Below, piece by piece: positions 35,280 to 48,179 of a stretch of 64,000 bases of DNA. The DNA comes from Dicyema japonicum (Eukaryota > Animalia > Dicyemida): assembly GCA_011109175.1 (NCBI GenBank), contig RDEW01000022.1, forward strand, positions 925,339 through 989,338. Reading direction: 5' to 3'. Made by a program: the position numbers and the translations under genes. The notes below the pieces were generated by a model. The model did no database searches, was not told the DNA's origin, and saw only the letters and a program-made list of their open reading frames with translations. How positions within the stretch are numbered: position 1 is the first letter of the stretch; each line of letters opens with the position of its first letter.

Positions 35280-36745
35280 TAGGGCAAGTTGTTTCTAGCA
35301 GTTAAAAAAAATTTTTTAGCGCTAAAAAATCACAAAATCTAGCAATTATAATTATAAAAATTAGCACTTAAAATGATAAAATCTAGCATTTAAAATTGTA
35401 AAATCTATAACTTAAAATAATAAAATATAACATTTAAATTTTATTTATTGTAATATAATAAAAGTAATGCTTGATATTGTCTGGATGGAAGTTCCTATCC
35501 TTTTTTAAAATATTTTTTAGCATTTTAATAGCTCTTTCAACAGATGCAGAGAATGCCTGACAGCGTGTAAGAGAAAAATAATCTTGTTGGCTAATTTTTG
35601 GTTCAGTCATTTCAATAATAGGTTTAAATCCATTTGCCTCCATTCTTTTATTTATATAATTTTTTTATATTTGCCTTGTCATTATCAAAATTTAGTCCTT
35701 GTATATCATAATATGCCCGATTGATTGAGTAGTCACAACACTCCGAAAGTTTAAGATCTATCATTTGCGAATAATTTAATATGATTTCCGTTAATTGAAA
35801 CTTAATATCCGGATTGTTGACTGATGTTTAGAATTTGATACTAAAACTCCATCTGACTGAAATGCGTTAACAATTTCAAAAATTATTTCAAAATTAATGA
35901 AATAATATTTCACTGCTTGAAACCAACTTCCCCATCTGCATAAATTAAGCAAAAGAATACCTAGTAACTACCACATCAGGTGGGTATCCAACATCCTTGA
36001 ACAAATTACGACGTTTTCGGTTTTTTACTGTAGCAGCTTAATACGTTAATAATGTTGTCAACTCATCTTTTTTTCTGCAAGAAACTTGACCGTAGTTCTG
36101 CATGAAAATTCGGACGGAATGTTAATTTTAAATGTTTTAAACATTTTTTTGATCGAATCGTTATTTAATTTGTACAGCGGGATGTTTGCTTGTACAAAAG
36201 CTTCCGTGATCGTTTCATTAACCGAATCTACTTGGATTGATTCAGTTAATGTTGTTTGAACTGAATTACATGAATGACCTACAATTGTATTAACAAATTT
36301 ATACGAATATTGTTCTGATGTTTTAAAGAAGAACGATGAGAATCAACTGAAAATTTTTTTGAACAGTTGACTTTGGATAAACAAAGAAAACAAAATAGAA
36401 GGCCATCGTCAGCAATACAGAACTCATCTTTGAATTCCGAGACTATACGCTTAGCTTTCTTAAGCAACGAACACTTGGGATTTGGCATCACTAAAAATAC
36501 TATATAGCGTGCTAAATTATTTTATTTAAATTATCATTTTATGGGTGATATTAAAATGATTTTTTAAATGCAATTTAAATTAGCATTTAAAAAAAAGTTA
36601 GCATTTAAAATTAAAAAAAGCACTTATAGCATTTATAATGTATGTTCTTTTTTAACAAAATTAAAAAATAATTATTCCAAATTCAATTTTATATTAAAAT
36701 AAGTATAAAAAATAAAAATAGCATTTTAGCACTTAAATTGCCCTA
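35280..36745 (-). mobile_element. Internally deleted hAT transposon (CGGBP1-like transposase type) with 8-bp TSD
   Basis: Termini TAGGGCAA...TTGCCCTA; TSD GTCATAAT at 35272-35279 and 36746-36753. N-terminus MPNPK..EF..DGLLFCFLC..V.C.KKF.V..H...KH and C-terminus SASVER...LKNIL..DR.F. Confidence 0.85.
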
Positions 36746-36829
36746 GTCATAATGATTGAATATCGTCGTTATTGATTGAGAAAGCTTCGTTAATGATTGG
36801 ATATTGTCGTTATTGATAGGGAAACCTTT

Positions 36830-37620
36830 AATATGAAACATAACTATTATTTACAATGAAATTAGTATATTTATTCCCTTCACAATCCGAAAGCCGTCCA
36901 AATCTTTTTTTTCGGATTAATGAAAATTTACTGTGTATACAGTCATAAAGTTTGAGCCTAGCAATGTCCGATGAGAATAGAAGTACAGGATTCTGACCCC
37001 GCGTCATTCTAATCTCTCCCTTCCGCATTCCTGCAAACATATATAAACTGTCACTCAGCTGAAAACAGGTTAATTAACATATAGGGTATATGTCATGTTA
37101 GTAGAGCAGCTTTTTTCAAAAATTACGCCCATCGATATCAACCATCGGAGAAATTCTTCCAATGTAGTAAGGAAAATGTAAATCTTTTTCGATTCCAGTT
37201 GGTAATTGGGCATTCCTGAGAAATGTAGATCTAGTGAGCCTCTTAATATTTGATGAAGGACAGAGAATTCAAAGAAAATTGGCCCTTCGATTTTTAAACT
37301 ACCTTTTATTACCCCAGAATCACTGGATAAAAAAGAAAAAATTCCCAACTATTTGACCCCACATCGTGATGGGAGAGGTCCTATCCAACGTGGACGAGAA
37401 TATTGGATGCCTCTCCAGAAAGTATCTAGGACAGATTTTGAGATATCTGTTCATGTCTTCATAGAGGGGGTTGTTAGGCAGAGTATAATGAAGATTAACA
37501 AAATTTTATGATTCGCATATAACATCTAAAAATCTGGGACGAATTCGCAATAACGCATAAATGTGCTTCAGGCATCGGAAAATCATAACAAGATGTTAAG
37601 GATACAGACATTTTGAAAGG
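36830..37620 (-). CDS. Putative multi-exon gene of unknown function
   Basis: Successive open exons (92 aa and 70 aa ORFs) at coding-like GC content. No family recognised. Confidence 0.25.
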
Positions 37621-37724
37621 ATAACTATTATGTTTGTAGGTGAATTAAAGCAAATATTACCGATTGTAAGTGAGGAACTCCATCATACAAACAAAATTGA
37701 AGTTTGAATGTATCAGGGAATTTA

Positions 37725-37895
37725 TTTATTAACCCCGGATACACCGAGAAAGAAGTCAAAGGACGCCACTCTAATAGGAAAAGAGAATAAGAAAAAAGAA
37801 AGAAGAGGAAAAAAAAAAAAAAGAGATGAGGAACAGACGAATAAAACAGAAACTTCAATCAATTAGCCACGAAGCACCACACGGCACATTATGCA
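37725..37895 (-). mobile_element. SINE-like family copy (head + tail, internally deleted)
   Basis: The head aligns with 42780-42870 (GTGGTG..CGTG.CTAATTG.TTGA.G...CCTATTAGAGTG.CGTC) and the copy ends in TCTTTCTCGGTGTATCCGGGGTTAATAAATAAA. Confidence 0.7.
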
Positions 37896-37899
37896 GTTT

Positions 37900-37968
37900 A
37901 AATATAAATATGACATTAAATTAATTAAATATAAATATGACATTAAATTAATTAAATATAAATATGAT
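37900..37968. repeat. 27-bp AT-rich tandem repeat (~2.5 copies)
   Basis: AAATATAAATATGACATTAAATTAATT repeated. Confidence 0.9.
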
Positions 37969-38149
37969 AGTTCCCAATAGCATATTTATGAACACATTTC
38001 TTTTTATGAAAATGCGTTCTCAATCAACCATTCTACTTCACCTTTGACGGTTCGTTTCGAAACTGGCTCAAATAGACCAATCTCGCTATTTGAAGTGACA
38101 GTTCTACGTCGTATCCTATCATTGGACATATAATTAAAAATAGTGAAGA

Positions 38150-38960
38150 TTACCTGGGATGAAGTTGTCGTTAAGTGCCTCAAGAATTACCAATAGAAGC
38201 AACGAGGACATCCAATATTGTTTTGAAGAAAACTCTGGAGGGTATTGTAATTATTACTATTTTAGCCAAAGAAACACCGTTATTCAGTTGATCCCGGCAT
38301 CTCTCAAAAAACGGGCCATCGTTTGCTCCGACCGTGACCCCACAAATTTTCTATACAGAGGAAGGTCTTTCTCCTTTTTCTTCTGAAATTGCTTCGAATT
38401 GCCTCTATGATAGACTCAAGCGTTCTGGGGACAATTTCTCTATCCGTATATTTTTCCAGTAAATTGATGCTTTTGACAGGATCTCAATTTTTATTAGGTT
38501 CGTTGCCGCCAGGATAGATCCTCACACAGCACATGATAGCCTATTGTTGGCCCGATATACTGCTTGTAGAGGGTCCCGACACCTGGAGGATAAATTCCTC
38601 CACAGTTCCAAAAGAAGGCTTTTACAAAATTGATCTTTTTTGCACAGGTTGATATGATAGATTCCACATGGACTGAGAAGCAGAGGAAAGTACCAAAAGT
38701 TACTGCCAGTATCTTCTGCGATTTCTTTTGTGGTATAGGTACTCCATTTAACGTGATATCAATTGTTTACGATCCCATCTTTCTATTCTTAGTGAATTGA
38801 GTGACTGCTGACTTTCCAGAACATGCATTTAATCGATTTTCGCAGAACCATCCATATATGGACACAACGTTACATCAAATGTGAGTTCTGGATACTTCCG
38901 ACTCTTCAATGACTAGGCCTTTTATCACCACTCTAAGGACGGTTGCTTATTCGAAAAAAT
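38150..38960 (-). mobile_element. Decayed I/Nimb-like LINE RT C-terminal fragment
   Basis: KSAV.QFTK..ITLNGVPIPQKKSQKILAVTF...HVESI...C.KKINFVK...TLYKQYIGPTI.Y. Confidence 0.5.
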
Positions 38961-39034
38961 TCGCACACTTGACGCCACAGTCTATTACTTAGTCTTATTT
39001 ATGTAGGATTTAATAAATCTTTAATAATAAACTT

Positions 39035-39165
39035 TATTATAACACAAAAATAACAGTTAGCAACTGCTGGCTGATCTCATAATTGAAAACGCATTTCCCA
39101 TGACGATTAGCAAGGAAATGCGCAAAATTAAGACAGCTCATTTCTCTCCTATCGTTTAGAGCATT
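39035..39165 (-). mobile_element. ~120-bp CRE 3' end, closely similar to 26690-26800
   Basis: LRISLLIVMGNAFSIMRSASSC* followed by the same 3' UTR (CAGCCAGCAGTTG..ACTGTTA.TTTTG). Confidence 0.7.
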
Positions 39166-39656
39166 TTTGGCAAAATAAATCTCCTTTAAGTGTAATTTAA
39201 AATGAAAAAAAAAACTAAAAAATAATTATAATAATTATGTCATTTTTTACGACAATTTATCTTTGAAATAGGACAGTTTCCGCCCTAAAAAAGGACACAG
39301 GTAAAGGATGAGGATTTTGGTGGAACGCATCGGGATCACGTGAAGGTTAGTTTGGTTTTACCGTGGTCTTGGGTTGTTAAATAAAAATAAATAAAATAAT
39401 AATAGATATTAAGACATCACATTATGTTCTCCTTTTTGAGGAGTTTTGAAACTGATGCCCTATACCACAGTCATATATTATTTCCTTTTATTTACTAATA
39501 AATTTCCTCAGTCAAATACCATGTGACCTCATTTGAGTGATAGAGAAATGAGGTCATAATTCGTATATTCAAAATCATAAATTGGAATATGACAACATGT
39601 GCTTTTATAAACAATGACTTTTGAAAATATAATAAGCATGAACTTTAACGAATAAA

Positions 39657-39948
39657 TCAATTAGTTTTAAACTTTCTGAAAGCTTTCTCCAATTCAGATT
39701 CATTATTCATTATACTTTCATTCAGTTCATCCTCTTCTATTTGATCTGATCTTCTCTTCAATGCTAAAGACAATTCTGAGTCCTTTTCGGCCTCCAAGTC
39801 TTCTAGTTTGGCTTTGCTAATCTTCTTTTTCTCCAAAAATTTTTCTATCTCGTTTTTGGAAGAAGTAATTCCACTAACAGATAATAACAAAATTATACGT
39901 TTTTACATTTACTTTTAACTCAGATTGTACTTCTTTTGGAAATGACAT
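39657..39948 (-). CDS. Small charged/coiled-coil protein of unknown function (~88 aa)
   Basis: ATG directly after an AT island. A 25-nt GT-AG intron joins MSFPKEVQSELKVNVK to the 77-aa ORF in frame. Confidence 0.4.
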
Positions 39949-40054
39949 ACTTAAACTTATTTAAATAATTTATTTATTTTATATAAATAAACATTTTTTA
40001 TTTCTTACAACTATATTTTATTAATTTATTGTTAATTTATCTATTGTGGTTTTT

Positions 40055-41540
40055 ATGTTGATGTGGTGACGTCCCTCTTTTGGACGATGTCTAATTCACA
40101 CCTTGGACAACTCGTAGTGACATTAAATGTGAGAGGAATACGACCTTAATGCAAAGGACAGAACTTACGGAGGACCTTGGTCGTTTTAAAATTTATGTAG
40201 CCTGCTTTCAGGAATTAAAAGTAAAAGGAGACTTGAAGAAGTCGTGGGAGGATACAGAATTATACTGCTAGAACCATAATGCAGACACTATGGACAGGAA
40301 TTTGAGATTCATCAAATTTATGCCAAATCGATTCACAGAAGCTGGAGTGCTAATGACAGGATCTCTGTCATTCAATTGAAGTTGGGCAAAACGGTGACTA
40401 CTGTTATCCGCGCATATACCTCGACTACGGAGTTAACAATGAAATGTCCAGATGAAGTTGAAAACTTATAAACTGAACTCGCAATGATCATGAGCGACAT
40501 GGGTGGGACATATGAATGGTGAAATAATTCTGATTTACAATCAAATTGATTATATATTGTGTAAGCGAGCATTAATTCAAGCGCATCCTTATGGACTAGC
40601 GATTTTATGGAGACACTATTTTACTGGATGATCATAAAGTGGCATCTCTAGCTTTAAACTGGAAGAAGTCAAGGTGTGATCAAGAGAAAACAGAACAAAC
40701 ACAACTCTTAAAGATTGAAGGTGGAAAATCTGAACACAAATAGCATCATTCGGAAAAGATTCGCTGATAAAGTAGGACGTCTTCGTCTAAAAATTGGCAT
40801 GAGAGGGCCAGCATGTCAGCGTTGGCCTACAATAATTGATGGACTTAAAATATTGCCTGGTCACTATTGAATGATGTTTCAAGAAGGTCACGATAAACAA
40901 ATAGAATTGTTATCGAGAACACAAAAAATTTGAGACTTAGGCTGAATTTGAATACTTAATCTCCAAAAAAGCATTATCAAAGAAAAAAGGAACTCTATGC
41001 TGTGGAACATAAAGAAAAGAGTATGCTTGCTCCACGAAAGGACACTTGAACAGTACGCAGAGGAGGTTGAGGAACTTAATTTTGGTCCAAAAATGCTAGA
41101 GCAACCCGGTTTTTAAACAGAGGATACACCTAAACGAATGACTTGAATGGGAGACGAATACTAGACAAAAAGAAGTTGCAGAGAACATTGATGATTACTT
41201 TGAATCGCTCTTCAGGAGTAACGACGAACTCATAGCTCAATTTGTCGGACACCCCAGATCTTTGACTAAGCCAATTCATGTGGCGGAGATACAAACGGCT
41301 CTGCAATAGGAGCCGGGGATTGACAGTATCAATGGGGAACTTCTAAACATTCGCCGTTCTCACTGGCCTATCAACTGGCAGCATACCAAACGACATTTTT
41401 ATGAACCCCACATACTGGGGATTGATCTATCCCGAGCGTTCGATACTGCTCTAAATCACCTCCCGGAGCATTCTCTGGATGGTTTCTGAAAATCGGCGTC
41501 AATGGATTAACTTTCTTGTTGCGAAAGTGCATAATATAAT
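40055..41540 (+). mobile_element. Degenerate, multiply deleted RTE LINE with conserved head and tail
   Basis: Head GTTGATGTGGTGACGTCCCTCTT; TLNVRG, ACFQE, HYGQ, IRAY, PGIDSINGELL, GIDLSRAFDT; tail CTTTCTTGTTGCG..ATAATATAATAA. Confidence 0.8.
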
Positions 41541-41599
41541 AATCTTTCTAACGAATTTAATGAAACATATTCTCTTCCTGCTTATATGGAGATTTAAAT

Positions 41600-42586
41600 A
41601 CAGTTTGAGTGAGGTATCTGGTTCGGGAACTGAATGATGTCCAGGAGATTGCAATGTGTCCGACTAATAACGCTATGCTACAAGCTTTGAAAGTCATGCT
41701 AGATGTTGTGATTCACTGACAAAGTGTAGTAGACGAGAGAGCTCGATTCCAGAGTAATGGATTGTCCGTCATCACAGAGTCGTTCAATGAAAATTTCAGA
41801 ACTGCTGAGTCTATCTTGAATGTAAAAAACTTTCAAGTCCACGATCAGTGGTCTGAGATTCGTACCAAGAATAATCCTTGTAATGTACCAGGACAATAAA
41901 CTGTTAAGAAGTTTCCCGAAAGAATTAAACTTTAAAATTGGGAGAATACAATTTCTACTTTGAACAAATCCTCCAACTACAAAGAAGATTCTTCTGTCTA
42001 AATTTTGATAGAAAACTACTTTTTGTAATGAACAATGCGAATAAGGCAATACTGAAGGCTTTGTTAGTATCTTCAATCCATTTGATAGAATTTCTATACA
42101 ATTGTATAGGTTCTAGCTATCGGAATATTCTTTCAACAATCTTCGATACCACCGAAGTAAGAAAAATTGTCTGAAGGAGGAAAAACGGAGGAATCCTTGT
42201 TGTTTTTGAGTACGATTTCTCCCAGGGTTAAAACATGGAGAATTCATAAATGGCCCTGAGAGTTTGGAATCCATTAGGTGTGAAGTGTTCAAGTGCAGAA
42301 TACATAAGCCATCATCCCTTTGACAGGAGAGTTTCGCGCATTTTGGATAAAGTGATGGATTGTAGTTAGAGGAAGTTGAATATGACTATTGCAATGTGAC
42401 TAATGAATGTGAGAATAATGAGTTTATTATATTGTGTAATAAAGAAATGAGAAACAAAGTATTAGTATTAAAAAAATGGGCCATAATAAGCAATTTGTGT
42501 TCCTCCACACTACATATACAGTAGACTCTCCCGAAATTGCCATATTTGGTTCCTGCATTTTTTGCGGCAAATTTGGGAAATGGCAA
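41600..42586 (-). CDS. Putative multi-exon gene of unknown function
   Basis: ATG after an AT island (MPFPKFAAKNAGTKYGNFGR) followed by several open exons. No family recognised. Confidence 0.25.
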
Positions 42587-42779
42587 TTTTCAGAATTTAA
42601 TCAATAATTTTAAAATAGTAATTGGGAAACTTCTCGTTGATGTAAATAATTTGATTAGATTACAAAAATAAAATTTATTTAAAAGAATGAACTATTAAAT
42701 TCTATCGAAATAAATTGCTTTTTTTGATATTTAGAATATTTGCTTTAATCTTCTAATAATGTCATTTCCGCATGGTTCT

Positions 42780-43050
42780 ATGTGGTGATACGTGTCTAAT
42801 TGGTTGAGGTTTTATGTTTGCTTTGTCTGTTCCTCCTCTTTCCCTTCCTATTAGAGTGTCGTCATGTGATCCACCTATCAGATGACGCCCAGTTCCTGGC
42901 TAGCACGAAAAAGGATAATTTGCTCCCCCTACTCCATTGGAAAGGTTTCCACAACTGCAAGTATGACGTCATTACCTTTTATGTTGATTCCGGGTGGACT
43001 ATGTTTCTGTAGAAGTGGAAACTGGATACATTTAATTAGTTGTTTACTTT
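42780..43050 (+). mobile_element. SINE-like family, most complete copy
   Basis: Shares its head with 37725-37895, its core (CGTCATGTGATCC...GGAAAGGTTTCCACAACT...GTGGAAACTGG) with ~27330-27460 and 54100-54320, and TTGTTTACTTTAA with ~2898. Followed by a 21-bp tandem duplication at ~43051-43092. Confidence 0.7.
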
Positions 43051-43599
43051 AAATAGAAAAATCGAATCCGAAAATAGAAAAATCGAATCCGATAGAATTT
43101 TCAGCGGAGGTCAATTCTCGTCAAACTGATCCTACCCATGAGTCCTTCTGGCATGTCACAGTTATTGGGGAGATCTTCCTTCCTTCTCCCTGATCAAATA
43201 AAAATTACCATAATGAGAGAACTCTATGAATGAAGTGGTCTACGACGTTAGCACGTGTGATGAAAATGGAGTGGGCGGACCTAGTTCTCCACCTTTCTTC
43301 CATCGGAAGCCTGTAATTGACTATTGGAGGATGGATTTGGTCGGAACAAGCAGACGTTGCTCCTTAATAGCAATTAATTTCTCCGAAAGTTCTTTAGCGA
43401 AAAATTCTGCCTTATGTAATATTTAAGAATCGTCAATAAAGCAACTTAAGTGATAGAGTAAATAACGTACCTTTTGATTCCTTTGAATCCATCCAATCTG
43501 CTAGATTTCCATCAACCTTCGAGTATTTTAATTTTTACAAGTTTTTAGTTTAGGATTTCTGTTCCTGAAATGAAGCGATTCAGCATTCATTAATATGCA

Positions 43600-43762
43600 T
43601 TGGCTTTCCTTCTTGAGATTCTCTTTTTAAAAATTGAAGAAAATCTGTTGCATACGGTCTGGCATGAAGCTGATTTATTGTTTTCTTTATACCGCAATAT
43701 TTCCACTTTTTGAGCAATTGAAAGTCTGGTGTATCCTCCAACAGGAACATTCCGACCCATGC
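43600..43762 (-). mobile_element. CENP-B/pogo N-terminal HTH fragment
   Basis: MGRNVPVGGYTRLSIAQKVEILRYKENNKSAS...F...ISR resembles the Tigger HTH_psq region. Confidence 0.45.
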
Positions 43763-43969
43763 TTGCTTTAAATTATTTAAATTTTTAAAAATATTTAAAA
43801 AATAAAAATAAAATGTTGGCAAATTTCATAATTGGCAAATATTATTGGAAAATATAAAAAATCGATTAAAATGGCAAATTTAAGAGTGCCATATTTGAGA
43901 GAGTTTATTATATATAATACTACCTCTTTAGGACTATAGGTTTATTTACGACAGACTGGAATGCATTCT

Positions 43970-46250
43970 CTACAAGTCAATTATTAAATCTCTCAAAATG
44001 ATGAAGTTCCTAGATAACTCCTTTCGGTACTCACGCTGATTGAATTCAATGAGGAAAGCATAATCATTCAAGTCCACATAAGCTCTAAAGTAACAAAAAT
44101 GATTACGATGTAATCATCTGATTTGGGAGATCTACCTACCAATTAGTAGTGAAGAATGTTTGGCTTCTCTTTTCCCTCCATCAAAGGTTTGAGGAATAAA
44201 GCAGCCATTTCTCTAGGTCCCTAATATTATAGGTCACATCAACCAGATTAACGACTGTCCCCACCATTGACTGAACATTTAGTTTGATAAGAGTAGAGTT
44301 GGGGGGTCTTTGATGCCAAGTAGTAGTTACTTCATTGACTTTTCGAGTAAAATCGTCAATGTCGACTTGAATAGGAGACAAAATAATCTTTGTTGTTAAA
44401 TGCGTTAACCTTATTATTTTTGACGATTCTGCTGTAAACTCTAATGTATGGTATCCATTCATTTGTGGTAAAGACATATCTACGGATATGCTAACCTAAT
44501 ATTCCATCTTCCTTTTTTCCTTGGAAGAGTGGAATAGATGGGCAAAATGTATCTAATATTAAATAAGAGGTGACTTGATGCCAAAGGAGTGTTTTTGAGG
44601 GATAAATCTCAACTGGCCCTACAACAACCATATTCAGTGTTAATCAAATATATTACATCTTCATTGGACATCTTTTTGAAGTCTCCTGTTGTATCGATTT
44701 TAACAATAATTTGATGTTCTCCGTAAATTAGATCCATAGTTTTCTCGCATATTTACCTCTACTACCTGAATACGACACTGAATACGAACTCACTCCACCC
44801 TCCTTTCCCGGTAAATGTAATCCCTTCCCCCAAACTCTTTAAATTTCTTTCATATATAGTGGCATCGGTAAAAGCTGTGTTTTTTAAGTTCTGTAATAAT
44901 TACAAAAATCACTGATGTGGAAATGATTTCATAAACTCTCGTAGGTTTCCATGAATTTGTGTCAACTTGGGAAAGTTTCTCTCTATGTAATGAAAGGGGA
45001 TCGACTCAGTAAATTCAGAAATAGTTAAATTTCTGATGTAATCCAAAATAGTGAAAGTTGAAATAATGGTCTCTTCGGCAACATTTGGGGATATTGCCTA
45101 AATTACAATGACAAATACAAAAAGGTCAATGTTAGTAAGATCAGGGGAATGTGAGACACCCTCCCTAATGTAGTCATATGAGAGAGCTGTGGCTTGGAGA
45201 AGACAATAGGTTGCCTCAATTTGATTGCCATACTAATTTACGACTAAAACAACCTCACTGTGTTTTCTAGCTATTTTCTGAAGCCATTCCAACCAAATCT
45301 CAGAATCAGGCCTGTCAGACTGATCATCAGGTCTATCACTGTTTCAGGGTCATTGGATACCTGCAGAGTTAAGTAGTTGTTTATTATCGAATGGGTTACC
45401 TCTATTGGCTCAGTCACCTACCTTCACTACAAACACACCTTGAATCAAAAAATCCTCTTTTTGTATACAATTATAGTTTTCCACGTATTTTACCCCAATC
45501 ATTGTGTTTTTTAACACATTTACACGATCAGACAATATTAGCTACTCAATGACTTTATAATAGCCACGAGGATGTACCAGGATTTCTACGTTAACTAGAA
45601 TATGTACATTTGAGTTCTCAGAGTACTTCAGGGGAAAGAAATAAACCATAAAACTGGCCTGGCATTGTAGAAATGGAATGATGGATTGACAAAAAACTAA
45701 AACTCGTGAAAACCAAGGCCTCACCAGCCCAACAATCCCAAAATTGTTTAAACTAAACTCACATGAAATCAATACTTGGTAAGCAAGTCTCCGAATTAAG
45801 TGGAAAGTTTGTATTTTGACATCACTGGAGTTCTCAAACTGTAGAATAACAGAGTACAACAGCATCATGCAATTTATAATGTCTTGTGAGATATTTGTAC
45901 GACTTTGAACGACAAACTAACAAATATTAAATAATGTTACTGAACTGTACTTTTCACAAGTATTCATAACCATCGCTGCCACTTCTATGTTAAAGTGGGC
46001 TGAAAGAGTTCCTCCTCCACGTCAATGTTACTTCTGTCAGAACTCTCGGAAATGTTGTGAAGTCCTGGCTTTACATCATAGCGCAAACCTAAGGAGAAAG
46101 ACACAAATTATTTTAGTTAATTGACTATTACTATTTCAAATGTCACTCACATGGTCTACTATTTAGTTTTCTAGAGATAAGTAAATGAGATTAGTACTAA
46201 ATTTTGAAGTTTACCTGTTCCTCCTGATCGGATAAGTCGTTATAATTCCA
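43970..46250 (-). CDS. DOCK-family GEF (DOCK-C/D-like), C-terminal half with DHR-2
   Basis: NDPETVIDLM, WLEWLQKIARKHSE, EATYCLLQATAL, ISPNVAEE, YIYRE, LSPIQVDIDD, QSMVGTVVN.GPREMA..FL, QREYRKELSRN. The upstream half was not found in the window. Confidence 0.85.
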
Positions 46251-46379
46251 AGAGTCATTAAAATATATTCTTTTGTGAATTTAAAAAGAATCTGAGCACT
46301 TTTGCATTCTTTTTATAAATGGGGACCAAATTGACTTTTTCGTGTTCTCCCTATCTTACGAGACGTCTTCCCTTATGAA

Positions 46380-46800
46380 CATTCTAAACTCTGAACATAA
46401 CTGGGTCAAATAGAAAGAAATAGAAAATCCCAGACCGACAAGGAAGTCGAGAATCTTCTCATTGCATATGTCATCGGCTCAAAATTTTGATAGTGTATGG
46501 AAAAAGGGCAGCTCAGAAGACTAGCTTCCTTTAAGAGTTTCTGTTGTAATTTTATTAGAAGATTTTCGATGGGTGGATTTTGTGTTCTGTTAATTAACTT
46601 TATCGCGCCTCTAATTACGGATATTTTCAAGAAGGAGGACTTTGAAATCTACATTGCCCATGATGAACCAGCATAGATCATCGTGGGTAGGATATATTGT
46701 TCATAAACAGTGTCAAGATTCTCAGTTTGTCTTTAAGTGTTTTTGAGAACACTTATTCTTCTCTTTTGAAAGCCCTATTACGGTCAACTATTTCTTATTA
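46380..46800 (-). mobile_element. Jockey-like LINE 3' fragment
   Basis: KLRILTLFMNNILPTMIYAGSSW...NPPIENLLIKL. Confidence 0.45.
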
Positions 46801-48179
46801 TTATTGAAGTATTTTTTATTGAAGACAATTATTTAACAAAGAAACGAATATTAGTTGAGGAAGCCGACTGCGTGGATCGCTAACAAGTTCTTTCGGAGTA
46901 TGACCATTCCAATCTTTTACCTCAGCTATAACCCTTTTCGTTGATCCCTTTTCTTTCTGGCAAGCATTCCTCCGTGTCCGAGCAAGAACATGGACCAACG
47001 GCTCCCGATGAGTCGATTGAAGTATTTATGTATATTTATTCAACATTTTTCAAAAATGAGATATAATATAACTAAAATTCATTATAATTAATTATTATTG
47101 TAAGTAATTCTAAGGGTACAGTCTGGTTACAATCGGTTACTTCTAGAGGAAGTTTGGTCTAAAATGTGGACCTTTTATGGAGGGTAACTGAAAAATCCAT
47201 GTACTCTGAGGTGTTTAATAAGTTATACTGTGTTTTACATAATGTAAATAAACTTAATTAGTTTTATAAAAATTTTAAGAAATCTCAAGTCAGTCCTGGG
47301 ACCTTCAAAATCTTGAGTAATTTGCTTAACATAGTCGATGATCTCAAAATAATCAAAATTGTTTGAGGGATACCAGATCTTCCAAACTACGGGACGGATC
47401 AAGCTAATTTTTTCGGAGGAAGTATATACTTAAAAGAGAAAAAAGGTTTTGAATTTTTTGAGAGATCGGACCCAGCTAGCGGGAGATACAGGAACTTTTG
47501 TGATGGTTCAGATATCATTTCGATATTAAAGCAATATTGACTGAATTTAATATGCGGAATTTATTAACTTTACTAAAGTAAAACATATTTGATATTTTTT
47601 TAGGGATCAATCACTTTATTAGTAAGATCCGTCTCATAGTGGGGTCAATTTGACCACCTTATATCCCCACAATAGCAGATTGGAAGACAAAGGCTGATTT
47701 AGTGTTAGAGTCAATGTGGGGGAGAAATTGTATTAAAAAGTTATAGAGGTTTGTGCACAAAAACCGAATTAGCTGATGACCTTTTTTTATAATTTAAATG
47801 GATAGTATAGATTTGCTTATATAATTAGACGTAGAATTAAATGCTGATTATTTTTATGTATTTATTTTAATAGATCTGCTTACAAAAAGCTATTTTTTAT
47901 TAAATTTATAAATCTAGCGTGGTCCCACTAGAAAAGCGTGTTTTCGAATTTAAATTCTACACACTTTTTGTCAAATCTAAAATAACTAAAATTTCTTTTA
48001 TTGCATTACGAGTCGAACGATATGTAAATTGTCAGGTTTTAGTTAGAAAATATGTAATATGGCTAACCAAACAAAAAATTGAGTTTTCAGAGAGAGAAAA
48101 ATTATTTTAAAAGACGGGGATTATTTAAAAATGATTTTAGCTAATAATTCATAATTATAAACTCTTGAAACAATTATAA

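Noticed and set aside
36990-37040. FAGMRKGEI as a tyrosine-recombinase motif (Crypton/DIRS)
   Set aside because: Only a short match; no downstream HxxR or catalytic Tyr was found.
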